The notes under the pieces were generated by a model. The model saw only the letters and a list, made by a program, of their open reading frames with translations. It was not told where the DNA came from and did not search any database. A DNA stretch of 64,000 bases from contig JAOUFI010000006.1 of the NCBI GenBank assembly GCA_029858305.1, positions 1 to 64,000 on the forward strand. The letters run 5' to 3'. This DNA comes from Candidatus Thorarchaeota archaeon. Lineage in GTDB: Archaea; Asgardarchaeota; Thorarchaeia; Thorarchaeales; Thorarchaeaceae. Made by a program: the position numbers and the translations under genes. Shown here in pieces: positions 37,923 to 46,702 of this stretch. Position 1 is the stretch's first letter. Every line of letters begins with the position of its first letter.

Positions 37923-38726
37923 TTATTGTACTAGGATATCCATACTGATTATTGCAGACCGCGCCCAATCTGTGAGTATGACTGGTTTTTCACGACCAAA
38001 TACTTTGATGGATCGAAGAATATCAGCCTTCAAGAGACTACTAGTGTAGTAAGAAATCAAACTCTTGTCAACATCAAGAACCTTGCTAATCTCAGCTTGA
38101 GTTGTCTGTCCATTCTTCACACACTCTGAGAGGATTGATCCTACCGTAGGATTTCGAGAGAGTGCGGTCAGCAGAAGAACTCTATCCTCAAATGAGAAAT
38201 CACTTGGAAAGATATGCCGTACATTTCCATATCTAATTGAAACTACCTCTCCCGCATTTTCCAAGTTGTTGATGTGATATTGCAGCGCACCCATTGCACA
38301 TCCTATATTTCTATGAAGCTCGCGCAAATGTATGCCTGGATTCGCGACGACTTCATCAACAATTCTATCACGTAGTTTGAGAGCTTTCCGGTCCCTTGTT
38401 CGTTCTACAGCTATTGTACCAATAATTAACGCAAATAATCCAATGTCCACTGACTGAGTTGTCCAATGCACCCAATAGTTAATTGTGCCAATAGCAGACT
38501 GAGAAATGGCATCTAGTGTGAAATTAATTGTACCACTACTTACAGTCGCAAGTGTAAATCCAAGATCTAGAGCAACCTGATTATTGTTTTGCGTGATTGG
38601 TAAACTCGGAGAAACAGAATCCAAGTTACCAAAACCTGATTCTGATAGAGCCAAGCCAACTATACCCCAAGTGATAAGGAGAAAAGAGAGTCCAATCAGG
38701 ATTTTTTTAGTGAAATGGCTGCTCAT
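37923..38726 (-). CDS. Membrane-anchored double-wHTH transcriptional regulator
   Basis: N-terminal TM segments; NPGIHLREL...GALQYHINNLE; TQAEISK.LD..KS.ISYY. Confidence 0.82.
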   Translation of the reverse strand: MSSHFTKKILIGLSFLLITWGIVGLALSESGFGNLDSVSPSLPITQNNNQVALDLGFTLATVSSGTINFTLDAISQSAIGTINYWVHWTTQSVDIGLFALIIGTIAVERTRDRKALKLRDRIVDEVVANPGIHLRELHRNIGCAMGALQYHINNLENAGEVVSIRYGNVRHIFPSDFSFEDRVLLLTALSRNPTVGSILSECVKNGQTTQAEISKVLDVDKSLISYYTSSLLKADILRSIKVFGREKPVILTDWARSAIISMDILVQ

Positions 38727-38797
38727 ATGTTTTCTACCACCTGACTCCTTAAGATGATTACGCAGTTAAATAGTGCGTTTGTTGAACGGATGCACTA

Positions 38798-39352
38798 TTA
38801 TGTACTGCTTCGTGCAGGATACGTGAGTGTGATTTTAAATGTGCAGGACTCGGCACCAGCGGATATACATGTTTCTTCACTAACAATTAGTTTTTCATAC
38901 TCGATTCTGTTGAAATCTGTAAGATATTCAAGAACCGCTTCGATGAAACCTTTTAGAAAGTAACACGAAGGTTCTTCACTCTCATACCCAGAGGCATAGG
39001 GATTATTTCCCACCTCTATTATTGCTTCTTCATCAAGCCACAATTTGTATAGCTTGGAAATTTTAATGTCACCAAAAGGAACAATCAAAGTTTCTAAAGT
39101 CATCTTAATGAACTCGACTATACCCTTAAAGTCGCCAGGAGGCTTTTGTTTACCCACCTTGAAATATTCTCGTTGAGCTTCAAGACCTGCAAGACGACCT
39201 GCGGAATAATACAAATCACGTACTCGATCCGGAAACATTACAGCAATTCGGCTGCCAATCTTGTTCCAGGTCTTAGCAAAGAACGCGGACATTAAATCAC
39301 GTTCTTTTAGGCGACCTTGCCACCACGGAATCACCCGTTCCTCTTTTGACAT
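38798..39352 (-). CDS. V4R domain protein (Bet3/TRAPP-related fold)
   Basis: YYSAGRLAG, PSCYFLKGFIEA, VSEETCISAGAESCTF. Confidence 0.82.
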   Translation of the reverse strand: MSKEERVIPWWQGRLKERDLMSAFFAKTWNKIGSRIAVMFPDRVRDLYYSAGRLAGLEAQREYFKVGKQKPPGDFKGIVEFIKMTLETLIVPFGDIKISKLYKLWLDEEAIIEVGNNPYASGYESEEPSCYFLKGFIEAVLEYLTDFNRIEYEKLIVSEETCISAGAESCTFKITLTYPARSST

Positions 39353-39413
39353 TGGAGAGTCCTCTAACTAATGATTCTACATGCAATTGCGTTAAGTGCT
39401 TTGTTGTTATATT

Positions 39414-39896
39414 TTACACTAGACGCACATTCCAGACACACATGCTTGCACCTGTCGCACGGGATTGCTCTTGAAAGACCCTTGCATCCACACCCTTGAC
39501 TTCAAGGATTGACTCAAGGATGCCACTGAAGACCTCACAATACCCAAAACCACGCATACCCTCAAGATTCACATCTTGACACCAAACACAGCTATGATCA
39601 CTAATGCGGACAGATCCTCGAGCTGTCTTCATGTCAACATCAGCAGGACGTTTATCGTATAGAATCTTAAAGACAACTTCAATCAGTTTTGCAACGTCCT
39701 CACGCGTCGTAACGCTCTCCTTAGTTTTCTCTACAATTTCTGTGTTAAGGTATATCTGTCGACCAATCTCGTAGCCAAGGTCACGCAGCTTCTGATTTGC
39801 TTCATCGATATTTGTTGTTCCAGATAGTATGTTGTCAACGTAGTATGAGTAGAGGCTCACCAGTAGTGGATTTTCTATCTTTGGCATTTCAGGCAC
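39414..39896 (-). CDS. Bet3/TRAPP-like V4R protein
   Basis: KLRDLGYEIGRQIY (Bet3-like L..lGy.iG.rl), CVWC, YCEVFSGILESIL. Confidence 0.75.
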   Translation of the reverse strand: MPEMPKIENPLLVSLYSYYVDNILSGTTNIDEANQKLRDLGYEIGRQIYLNTEIVEKTKESVTTREDVAKLIEVVFKILYDKRPADVDMKTARGSVRISDHSCVWCQDVNLEGMRGFGYCEVFSGILESILEVKGVDARVFQEQSRATGASMCVWNVRLV

Positions 39897-39909
39897 CTAT
39901 TAGTTATTC

Positions 39910-40893
39910 TTAGACAGTTCTGCCAATCATCTTTAACCCAGCTTTTCTATACTTGGCTATTGTCTGAACGACCTTGGGGATTGGCAAGTTGAGTTTTTCA
40001 GCGATTTGCTCGGGTGTCAGATTTCCGTCACACAATCTGATTAATTGGATGTCTTCATTTGAGACCTTTGAGGTATCACCATCAAACATTGGACATTTTA
40101 CATACTTTCCAATGGATGTACCTGCAGCGACAAACTTGGGGCTTTCATCTAATATTGGAACGTCAATTATGCCTTGTGAAGCAGTCCATTTCAGAAGATC
40201 TATGATCCTGTCGATTGGTTGGAACATTGAATCCGCAATCTTCTCAACAGAATTATTACCATCGACAAGCATTAGTACGTCAAAACCAAAGTTGCGATAG
40301 AGTACTTTCATCTCATTATAAAGTGCAGAGTCTAGTAAGAGAGAATTAGCATATTCGGAGCCTCTTTCGGGAACTGTTATTGGCGTGATGTTGAAATCCT
40401 TGGATGACAGTTTTTTCGCAGGCTTACTGGGAACTTCTGGAGCTGGCTTGGACTCCTCTGGAGGCGGGACAACCACTGGGGATGGTACAACAGATGCTGC
40501 TTTGATGGCAATGCTTTCCAGAACTTGAATATTCATCTCAGAGGAGTCTTCAAAATCTTCAGGAGGCGGTGGAAGTTCAATGCCCTCGAGAAGACGTAGA
40601 ACATTCTTTGTCTTGGCAATAGCAAGTCCCAGTTGAAGTTCAGGTACATATAGAACCGTTAGAATCCAATTTTCATCAACAGGAGAAAGAACTACGAGTC
40701 CTTTCTCAGTATCGATGGTCATCAAACGCAAGTCAGCCTTGTAGAGTTTAATGCTGTCTTTTATTCTTGGAAACAGCTCGTCAGGAAATGCGAAACTGAC
40801 AAAGGGTCTACCTATCTTTGTCATCAGAGAATAACCCAAAACCTGATCATCAAATCGTAGTTTAGACAAAGCACGCTCCAAATCTTTGGACAT
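39910..40893 (-). CDS. Roadblock/longin-like N-domain, Pro-rich linker, two winged-helix domains
   Basis: LERALSKLRFDDQVLGYSLMT..GRPF; LMLVDGNNSVEKIA; LCDGNLTPEQIA; paralog of 42761..43708. Confidence 0.72.
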   Translation of the reverse strand: MSKDLERALSKLRFDDQVLGYSLMTKIGRPFVSFAFPDELFPRIKDSIKLYKADLRLMTIDTEKGLVVLSPVDENWILTVLYVPELQLGLAIAKTKNVLRLLEGIELPPPPEDFEDSSEMNIQVLESIAIKAASVVPSPVVVPPPEESKPAPEVPSKPAKKLSSKDFNITPITVPERGSEYANSLLLDSALYNEMKVLYRNFGFDVLMLVDGNNSVEKIADSMFQPIDRIIDLLKWTASQGIIDVPILDESPKFVAAGTSIGKYVKCPMFDGDTSKVSNEDIQLIRLCDGNLTPEQIAEKLNLPIPKVVQTIAKYRKAGLKMIGRTV

Positions 40894-41069
40894 AAGATAA
40901 CACCTCACGAGCACTAGCGTGACCAGGACCTGCTCGTATAATCTCTATTTTTGAGAGTCATCTGAAAAGGATTGTGGTGCTGGAATTTGATTTCTTTATT
41001 GAGTTCATTCGAAAACTGTTAAGAGGGACCGACCAACATCAATGAGGTCAGTTGTCCAGAGGAGATTCA

Positions 41070-41651
41070 ATGAGAAATTTTGCTGGTGGTTTCATAGGGA
41101 TTATCGTTGGTTCCTTTTCATTGGTCATTTTAGCTGGAATATTACCATCTCAGCCCTCATACCCAGACCCGTTCAACGCAATATGGTTTTTGCTAGCTGG
41201 ATCTTGGGTGTTTCAGTCAACTCTTCAGGAACTAGTCAATATGACTTTAGCAGGACCATTGTTACTATCGTGGTTGATCATTGGTATCGTTATTGCTCCT
41301 TTTTCTCGGAAGGGATGGAATCTTCTTAGGTCGACACTATGGGTGGCAGTGTTTCTAACAATTTTCGCATTAATTTTTCAGGTATTAGAGAATCCATCTT
41401 TTTGGGATGTTAATCTGAATCCGACGAGGAACTACGATCTGATATTCCAATTTGCTACATCCATAGTCGTATCTCTCTTTGCCCTTCCAAGTGCAATCCC
41501 AATCACAATTACCATTGAGAGAGCACGCCAGACCGGAGAGCAACCGATTCCAGAGAAGATTGAAACAATATGTGAGTGTGGAGCTATTTTCAAATCAAAT
41601 CCAATTATTTGCTCAGAGTGCGGCCGTATCTTGAGAATGTTGGAGAATTAA
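41070..41651 (+). CDS. Multi-pass membrane protein with C-terminal zinc ribbon
   Basis: 4-5 hydrophobic helices; ICECG...ICSECG. Confidence 0.78.
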   Translation: MRNFAGGFIGIIVGSFSLVILAGILPSQPSYPDPFNAIWFLLAGSWVFQSTLQELVNMTLAGPLLLSWLIIGIVIAPFSRKGWNLLRSTLWVAVFLTIFALIFQVLENPSFWDVNLNPTRNYDLIFQFATSIVVSLFALPSAIPITITIERARQTGEQPIPEKIETICECGAIFKSNPIICSECGRILRMLEN

Positions 41652-42166
41652 CGGTCCCTGGTTATACCCCCACCAAGAATACCACCAATTACACACGCAA
41701 TCGCAGGATAGATTGCTCCTTCGAGTGCAACTTCCATCAGGATCAATGAGCCAGGTGCGAAAATAGCTGCGATATCAAAACCCGGGGATATCACAAGAAC
41801 TAACAACCATGTCAGAAACGCACCTATGATTGCCGCAAAGACTGCAGCTAGAATTGCAGGTAAGAAGTCTTTTGACATAAGACCTGCAATTAGACCACCA
41901 GTGCCCCATGCTAGGAACATGAGGACAGAGGCACCAATAGCACCATAACCCAATACACCGCCAAGACCGGGACCTGCTAGGGCAGAAGGATAGAGTATCG
42001 TTCCAACCACAGCCAATCTGAATTCAAGATCACTATAATTTAGAAATTCTTGCACAACGGTGGGTGAAATTAAATCAGCTGGCATGTAGTTACCAAATGT
42101 CATGACGACGAACGTGATAGCGAATGCAGTTATGAGCCCAAATATCGTACCTAGACCTTGACCCAA
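41648..42166 (-). CDS. Gly-rich 4-TM membrane protein
   Basis: Hydrophobic helices with GxxxG motifs; GGAGG upstream. Confidence 0.78.
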   Translation of the reverse strand: MGQGLGTIFGLITAFAITFVVMTFGNYMPADLISPTVVQEFLNYSDLEFRLAVVGTILYPSALAGPGLGGVLGYGAIGASVLMFLAWGTGGLIAGLMSKDFLPAILAAVFAAIIGAFLTWLLVLVISPGFDIAAIFAPGSLILMEVALEGAIYPAIACVIGGILGGGITRDR

Positions 42167-42247
42167 TCATTAGGCCTCCATGTAAGGTGCATATACGATA
42201 TTTTCTCGCTTATTGTTTTATACCTATTCCAGATGGCTACAAGGGTA

Positions 42248-42754
42248 CTATTCCCTGAGATTGAGAGTCCAAGTGCACGTATCGTCACCTAGAGCTTTGC
42301 ATGACTCCTGATAGCTCTCAGCTGAAAAACCACGCAATTTCATGACTGCATCAAAGACTCCACTCACAATCACACAGTACTGAAGACCAGGCATGTCCGA
42401 GATTACAACACCTTCACAAATTGGGCAGGCATCATCAGTGAATTTGATTGTCTTCTTGTCTTTGCTAATGTCGATTTTGGTGAAAAATTGCCCAGAGTTC
42501 ACCTTGTATGCTAGTTGTAGTGTCTTTGAGAATGTTGCAAAGTCTACAGCATGCTCTCGTATCCTATCTGCATAGTCCATGAGAAGAGTTTCACCGACTC
42601 GAAAGCCGATGTCTTTCATCTTTCGATTGATCTCTTCGACACTGCCACTTGTACTCATGACTAGATTCATGAGTTCTCGATAGCTGGCTTGGAAGAGAAC
42701 TTTCGAAACTTTAGTCGTCATTAGATTCCACGCGATTTTTCCCTTTACACTCAT
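42248..42754 (-). CDS. Bet3/TRAPP-like V4R protein
   Basis: KMKDIGFRVGETLL, CPIC, YCVIVSGVFDA, ESCKALGDDTC; paralog of 39414..39896. Confidence 0.75.
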   Translation of the reverse strand: MSVKGKIAWNLMTTKVSKVLFQASYRELMNLVMSTSGSVEEINRKMKDIGFRVGETLLMDYADRIREHAVDFATFSKTLQLAYKVNSGQFFTKIDISKDKKTIKFTDDACPICEGVVISDMPGLQYCVIVSGVFDAVMKLRGFSAESYQESCKALGDDTCTWTLNLRE

Positions 42755-42760
42755 TTCGTT

Positions 42761-43708
42761 TTATTCTCCTGATTTCTTGTCAACACGTACCATTCTAAGA
42801 GTTTTTCCGCGATAGGGGAGAATACTCTGTAATGCATTAAAGTATTGTATGCCTAGCTCTGCTGATATTTCCTGTAGGGTTCGTGTTCCATCACAGAGCG
42901 CGAGGAGTTGGCGATGTTCTTTCTTTACTTTATCAAGCTTGCCTTCAAAGAGCGGTAACTCTACGATTTCTTTCAGACTTGTTTCTTGCGCATCGGGACA
43001 GTCTACGTCGACTATCTTTTCTGCAATACACCATTTTACGACGTCCATGACTCTTTCGACAGGTTTAGTTAAACTTGTAGCTATCTTATAGATCGTCATC
43101 TTTTCATCTATGACTAATAGTATATCAACGCCCAGATTTGCATAGGCTTTCTTGAGAGCAAGATTCAGACTTGATTCAAGAGTCATAGCATCTCTGTATC
43201 TCTCACCTCTAAGAAGAACACATCCATGGGTTAATTCCATGACTTCCATTGGTTTAGATTTGATATCAGCCACGGAAGTGACAACATCTCCTTCAAGAGT
43301 TTCTATTGAAACCTCAAGTAAATCTGGCTCAACGGTTTCAGAGATGAGATTGTCTTCTAACTCAACTGGGATAGGAGGCGGTGGTAGGGCTACTTGTTCT
43401 AAGAGCTCAACGACTGATTTTGCTCTAGAGAGTGCTGTGCCTAGTGTGAGCTCTGGGCTGAAAAGAACTGCAAGAACCCATTGGGGATCAACTCGTGCTA
43501 AGATAACGCTTCCTTGACTGGTCATAATGTTGACAAGTTTAAGGTCAGCAGCATGAATCCGCAGGGTGCCTTTAATCTGTGGGACAACTTCGTCTGGAAG
43601 TGAGAAAGAGAGGAATGGTTGGCCATCATTGGTGATCAGTGCATAACCGGTAACCGACTCATCGAATTTCAGCTTCGTGAGTACGCGCTCTAATTCCAAT
43701 TGATTCAC
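42761..43708 (-). CDS. Roadblock/longin-like N-domain + two winged-helix domains
   Basis: LERVLTKLKFDESVTGYALIT.DGQPFLSFS; LCDGTRTLQEIS; paralog of 39910..40893. Confidence 0.72.
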   Translation of the reverse strand: MNQLELERVLTKLKFDESVTGYALITNDGQPFLSFSLPDEVVPQIKGTLRIHAADLKLVNIMTSQGSVILARVDPQWVLAVLFSPELTLGTALSRAKSVVELLEQVALPPPPIPVELEDNLISETVEPDLLEVSIETLEGDVVTSVADIKSKPMEVMELTHGCVLLRGERYRDAMTLESSLNLALKKAYANLGVDILLVIDEKMTIYKIATSLTKPVERVMDVVKWCIAEKIVDVDCPDAQETSLKEIVELPLFEGKLDKVKKEHRQLLALCDGTRTLQEISAELGIQYFNALQSILPYRGKTLRMVRVDKKSGE

Positions 43709-43743
43709 CAAACCTCGCAAAGGCAGTACTGCTAATTCGTTAC

Positions 43744-44844
43744 CTATTGGTGCATAAGTAGCTTTTTACCATCTATGGACAGCGCAGGATTTGAACGTAG
43801 AAATGTAAGGATATCTTGGCGCGACGGATGTGTTGCAGTTGGTGATGAAACATAGAGAATAGCAACAGCATTGGCAAGGATGATTCGATCCAATGGTGGA
43901 AGGTTAAGCAGGTGCCCGTAAATGTCTCCTGCATTCCATGCATCTCCAGCCCCACAGACTACTTTACTCTCTCTCTGAAATGAGGGTGTTGAGATAACAT
44001 TATCATCATCTACAATAGCTGAGAAATGTTGCGTGTGCAGATCAATCGTGATTCCTAATTCATGGGAAACCATCTTTGCTACGTGTATCCATTCTTTGGG
44101 ATTGGATACGTGATGACGCCAACGTTCATTCTTCCCCTTGAGCTCCCACGCAAGCCAACAAATTTCATTTTCATTCGCCCCTAGAATATCCACAAGACCT
44201 TCGTGTAAGACATCTTTTACCAATGGTGTGAGTAATTCGGAATTACTTGAGGGATCACCAATATCCATGAATGTGATTGTAGTTTGGGTTTCTTTAGCCA
44301 TCTCAAACAGGTCATGCGCAAGCTGTGCACCTTTATGATTGTGATTTAGATTTACTAAAGCAACCAATCCACTTTTCCGGATAAGCTCCAAATCGGCCAA
44401 TGTAAGATCGTCAAATCCGAATGCAGCAGCAGAGCCACTGTCACTAATCATCATATTGATCCTACGTCCTTCAAATTCAGTTTCAATCGAAACCGTTGTC
44501 GATAATCGACCATCTCTATGAACATGATTCATGTCTATATTGGGGGATGCTAGTACTTTGAGAAGTAAGGCACCGTACTCATCTGTGGTAATAATCATCT
44601 GAGCATCCACTCCCAATGCGTGAAGAGCAGAAGTTGTATTCACACAGTTGCCCCCTCGACGAATGAATTGCTCAGTGCCTGTTAAGTTCCCCCCACCCTG
44701 TTTGGCAAGGATGTCTAAACTCTTAAGAAATCCAGTATAACTTGGTAGGATAACAAAATGATCTACAAAGAAGTCTGGGAGAATGACTGGATATGGAACT
44801 ATGGGAGGATTCTCAAGTAGTGAGATAAGCCGAGCATAATCCAA
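43744..44844 (-). CDS. PfkB family carbohydrate kinase
   Basis: GGNCVN, DIGDPS, ANENE, CGAGDAWNAG. Confidence 0.85.
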   Translation of the reverse strand: MDYARLISLLENPPIVPYPVILPDFFVDHFVILPSYTGFLKSLDILAKQGGGNLTGTEQFIRRGGNCVNTTSALHALGVDAQMIITTDEYGALLLKVLASPNIDMNHVHRDGRLSTTVSIETEFEGRRINMMISDSGSAAAFGFDDLTLADLELIRKSGLVALVNLNHNHKGAQLAHDLFEMAKETQTTITFMDIGDPSSNSELLTPLVKDVLHEGLVDILGANENEICWLAWELKGKNERWRHHVSNPKEWIHVAKMVSHELGITIDLHTQHFSAIVDDDNVISTPSFQRESKVVCGAGDAWNAGDIYGHLLNLPPLDRIILANAVAILYVSSPTATHPSRQDILTFLRSNPALSIDGKKLLMHQ

Positions 44845-44875
44845 CTCGATTACCCCATTGTACTTTCATAATGGA

Positions 44876-45325
44876 CTAGACTTTCTTGAGTGCTGCTTTT
44901 ACCATTTCTGTGATACGGTCTTCTGGGATTCCAGTCTTGTTTGCAACTTTCGCAATGTCACAGTAAGCAAGATCGGAAACAGTCTTGAGACCAGCCTTTG
45001 CTAGAAGTTTGGCTTCTTCATCCTTCACAGCTTTTAGTGCAGAGAGCTCATCAACAGCCTTGGCAACTGATGCCGTAGCAGTACTCTCTTCAGTAGCTAG
45101 AGCCGCAACAAATTCCTCAAGATCTTTCTGATACTGTTTTAATGCTTCGACATTCTCAGGATATGCAGTTTTCCTTCGGATATCAACAATTAGACCCATC
45201 TTACGAGCATCAACAACTGTGAGTCCAGATTGAATTGTTTCCTCTATACTAAAACCACGGCCACGTCTGGGTTTGGCATCTTTTGGTGACCTCACAACTG
45301 GTTCGGCAATAATATCAAAGCTCAT
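44876..45325 (-). CDS. rpl13e: 50S ribosomal protein L13e with C-terminal helix-hairpin-helix extension
   Basis: R.GRGFSIEE...GL....AR..GL.VD.RRKT...NVEALK; tail LAKAGLKTVSDLA...TGI. Confidence 0.88.
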   Translation of the reverse strand: MSFDIIAEPVVRSPKDAKPRRGRGFSIEETIQSGLTVVDARKMGLIVDIRRKTAYPENVEALKQYQKDLEEFVAALATEESTATASVAKAVDELSALKAVKDEEAKLLAKAGLKTVSDLAYCDIAKVANKTGIPEDRITEMVKAALKKV

Positions 45326-45404
45326 TGATTCATCCACCTGACACGGCTTCGAGCCTTCGGACCACTTATCAAGCTTTCGAGATGGCAAAATAAAGAGGAG
45401 AGAT

Positions 45405-46220
45405 TTAGATAAAATCATCAAGTGACATTTGTCTTATTGCTTCACCATCTAGCATCTTCAATAATTTTCGTTCTTGGTGTTGATTGATTGTACCTAAGAG
45501 AGATAGCATCTGAAGTGCGTTCAAAGGAGCGTTTCCTGCGAAATGATTATTGAAATACCCCAAGACAAGGTTTACATTATTCGTCAAATCCTCCAGGCGA
45601 GGAAGCCATTCCTTGAGTTCTTCAAGTGAATATCTGTAGTTGTACCATAACCCTTCATTTTGACCGTGCCACCGTACATATGAAAAATCAGTTGTTATTC
45701 GGAGGTCAATAGGGAGCTTTGGTTCATCAACGATGACATGAGCGATATTATATTGCTCTAATAGACTCCAGACAGACTCTATCAACCAGCTATGGTGTCT
45801 GAACTCGATTGCGTACCGATACGCAGGGTTGAGTGCAGCAAAAAAGGTCTCAAGATTAGCCATGGTCGATATCTCCCAGGGTGGTAACTGAATGAGCAGA
45901 ACATCAATACGGTTTTCAATCGGTCGTAGAAGTTGATAATACTCATCAAGAACTGCACCACCCTCTCCGGTGAGGTCGAGTCGATGGTCATGTGTTACTT
46001 TCTTGGGTAATTTGGCTGTGAAGAACTTATTGGGATCAAGACTAGCCAAGTGTTTAATGAAAGTGGGTTTGGGTAGAGCGTAGAATGTCGAATTAATCTC
46101 TGCCGTGTCGAAGTAGAGCAAGTATTGATGGAGCATGGATCTACCGGAGGTATAGAAAACACCTTTCCAATCCTTTCCATATGACCATCCACTGGTACCG
46201 ATATGAAGCCCCTTTCTCAT
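45405..46220 (-). CDS. DUF72 (YecE-like) protein with C-terminal PIP-box-like motif
   Basis: IGTSGWSY, EINSTFY, LLIQLPP, AIEFRH.SW, YVRWHG, YFNNH; ends QMSLDDFI. Confidence 0.92.
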   Translation of the reverse strand: MRKGLHIGTSGWSYGKDWKGVFYTSGRSMLHQYLLYFDTAEINSTFYALPKPTFIKHLASLDPNKFFTAKLPKKVTHDHRLDLTGEGGAVLDEYYQLLRPIENRIDVLLIQLPPWEISTMANLETFFAALNPAYRYAIEFRHHSWLIESVWSLLEQYNIAHVIVDEPKLPIDLRITTDFSYVRWHGQNEGLWYNYRYSLEELKEWLPRLEDLTNNVNLVLGYFNNHFAGNAPLNALQMLSLLGTINQHQERKLLKMLDGEAIRQMSLDDFI

Positions 46221-46329
46221 TTTATTCGATATCTATAGTTACACATTCATGTTTGTGCTTTATGGATTCTGTATTGTCGTAAAGATGAGGTTCATAAGAG
46301 TGCAAGATACACAAAGAGTTGTGAGTGCT

Positions 46330-46641
46330 ATGAATGCCAATGATGCAAAAGCTGATTTTGAGAATCTAGAAGTCCATATGGGGCCCCTAAAGGATAGCAA
46401 GTTCAAAATGAAATGCTCTGTAACATATGAAGAACAGATGCTCATTATGGATGGAGGAAAGAGAGTAGCACGAATGCATGCTCGTAACATTGGCAATGTT
46501 CACCTTGAAAAGAAAGCAATTCGAATTGCAGCTATGAATTTTGAAGTAAAAGAGGGTGAAGACGTCAGTGTGGCCAGTGGTTCTATAAGACTTGAACTCG
46601 GAGATGCTGCAAAAGACTGGTACCAGGAACTTTGGGGCTAA
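46330..46641 (+). CDS. Small hypothetical protein, possible PH-like fold
   Basis: Beta-rich 103 aa ending in a helix with W (AAKDWYQEL). Confidence 0.65.
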   Translation: MNANDAKADFENLEVHMGPLKDSKFKMKCSVTYEEQMLIMDGGKRVARMHARNIGNVHLEKKAIRIAAMNFEVKEGEDVSVASGSIRLELGDAAKDWYQELWG

Positions 46642-46702
46642 AACAAGACCTTTTAATGAGGTTCGATAAAGCACGGAACGCAGCAACCACGGAGTGAATA
46701 TT

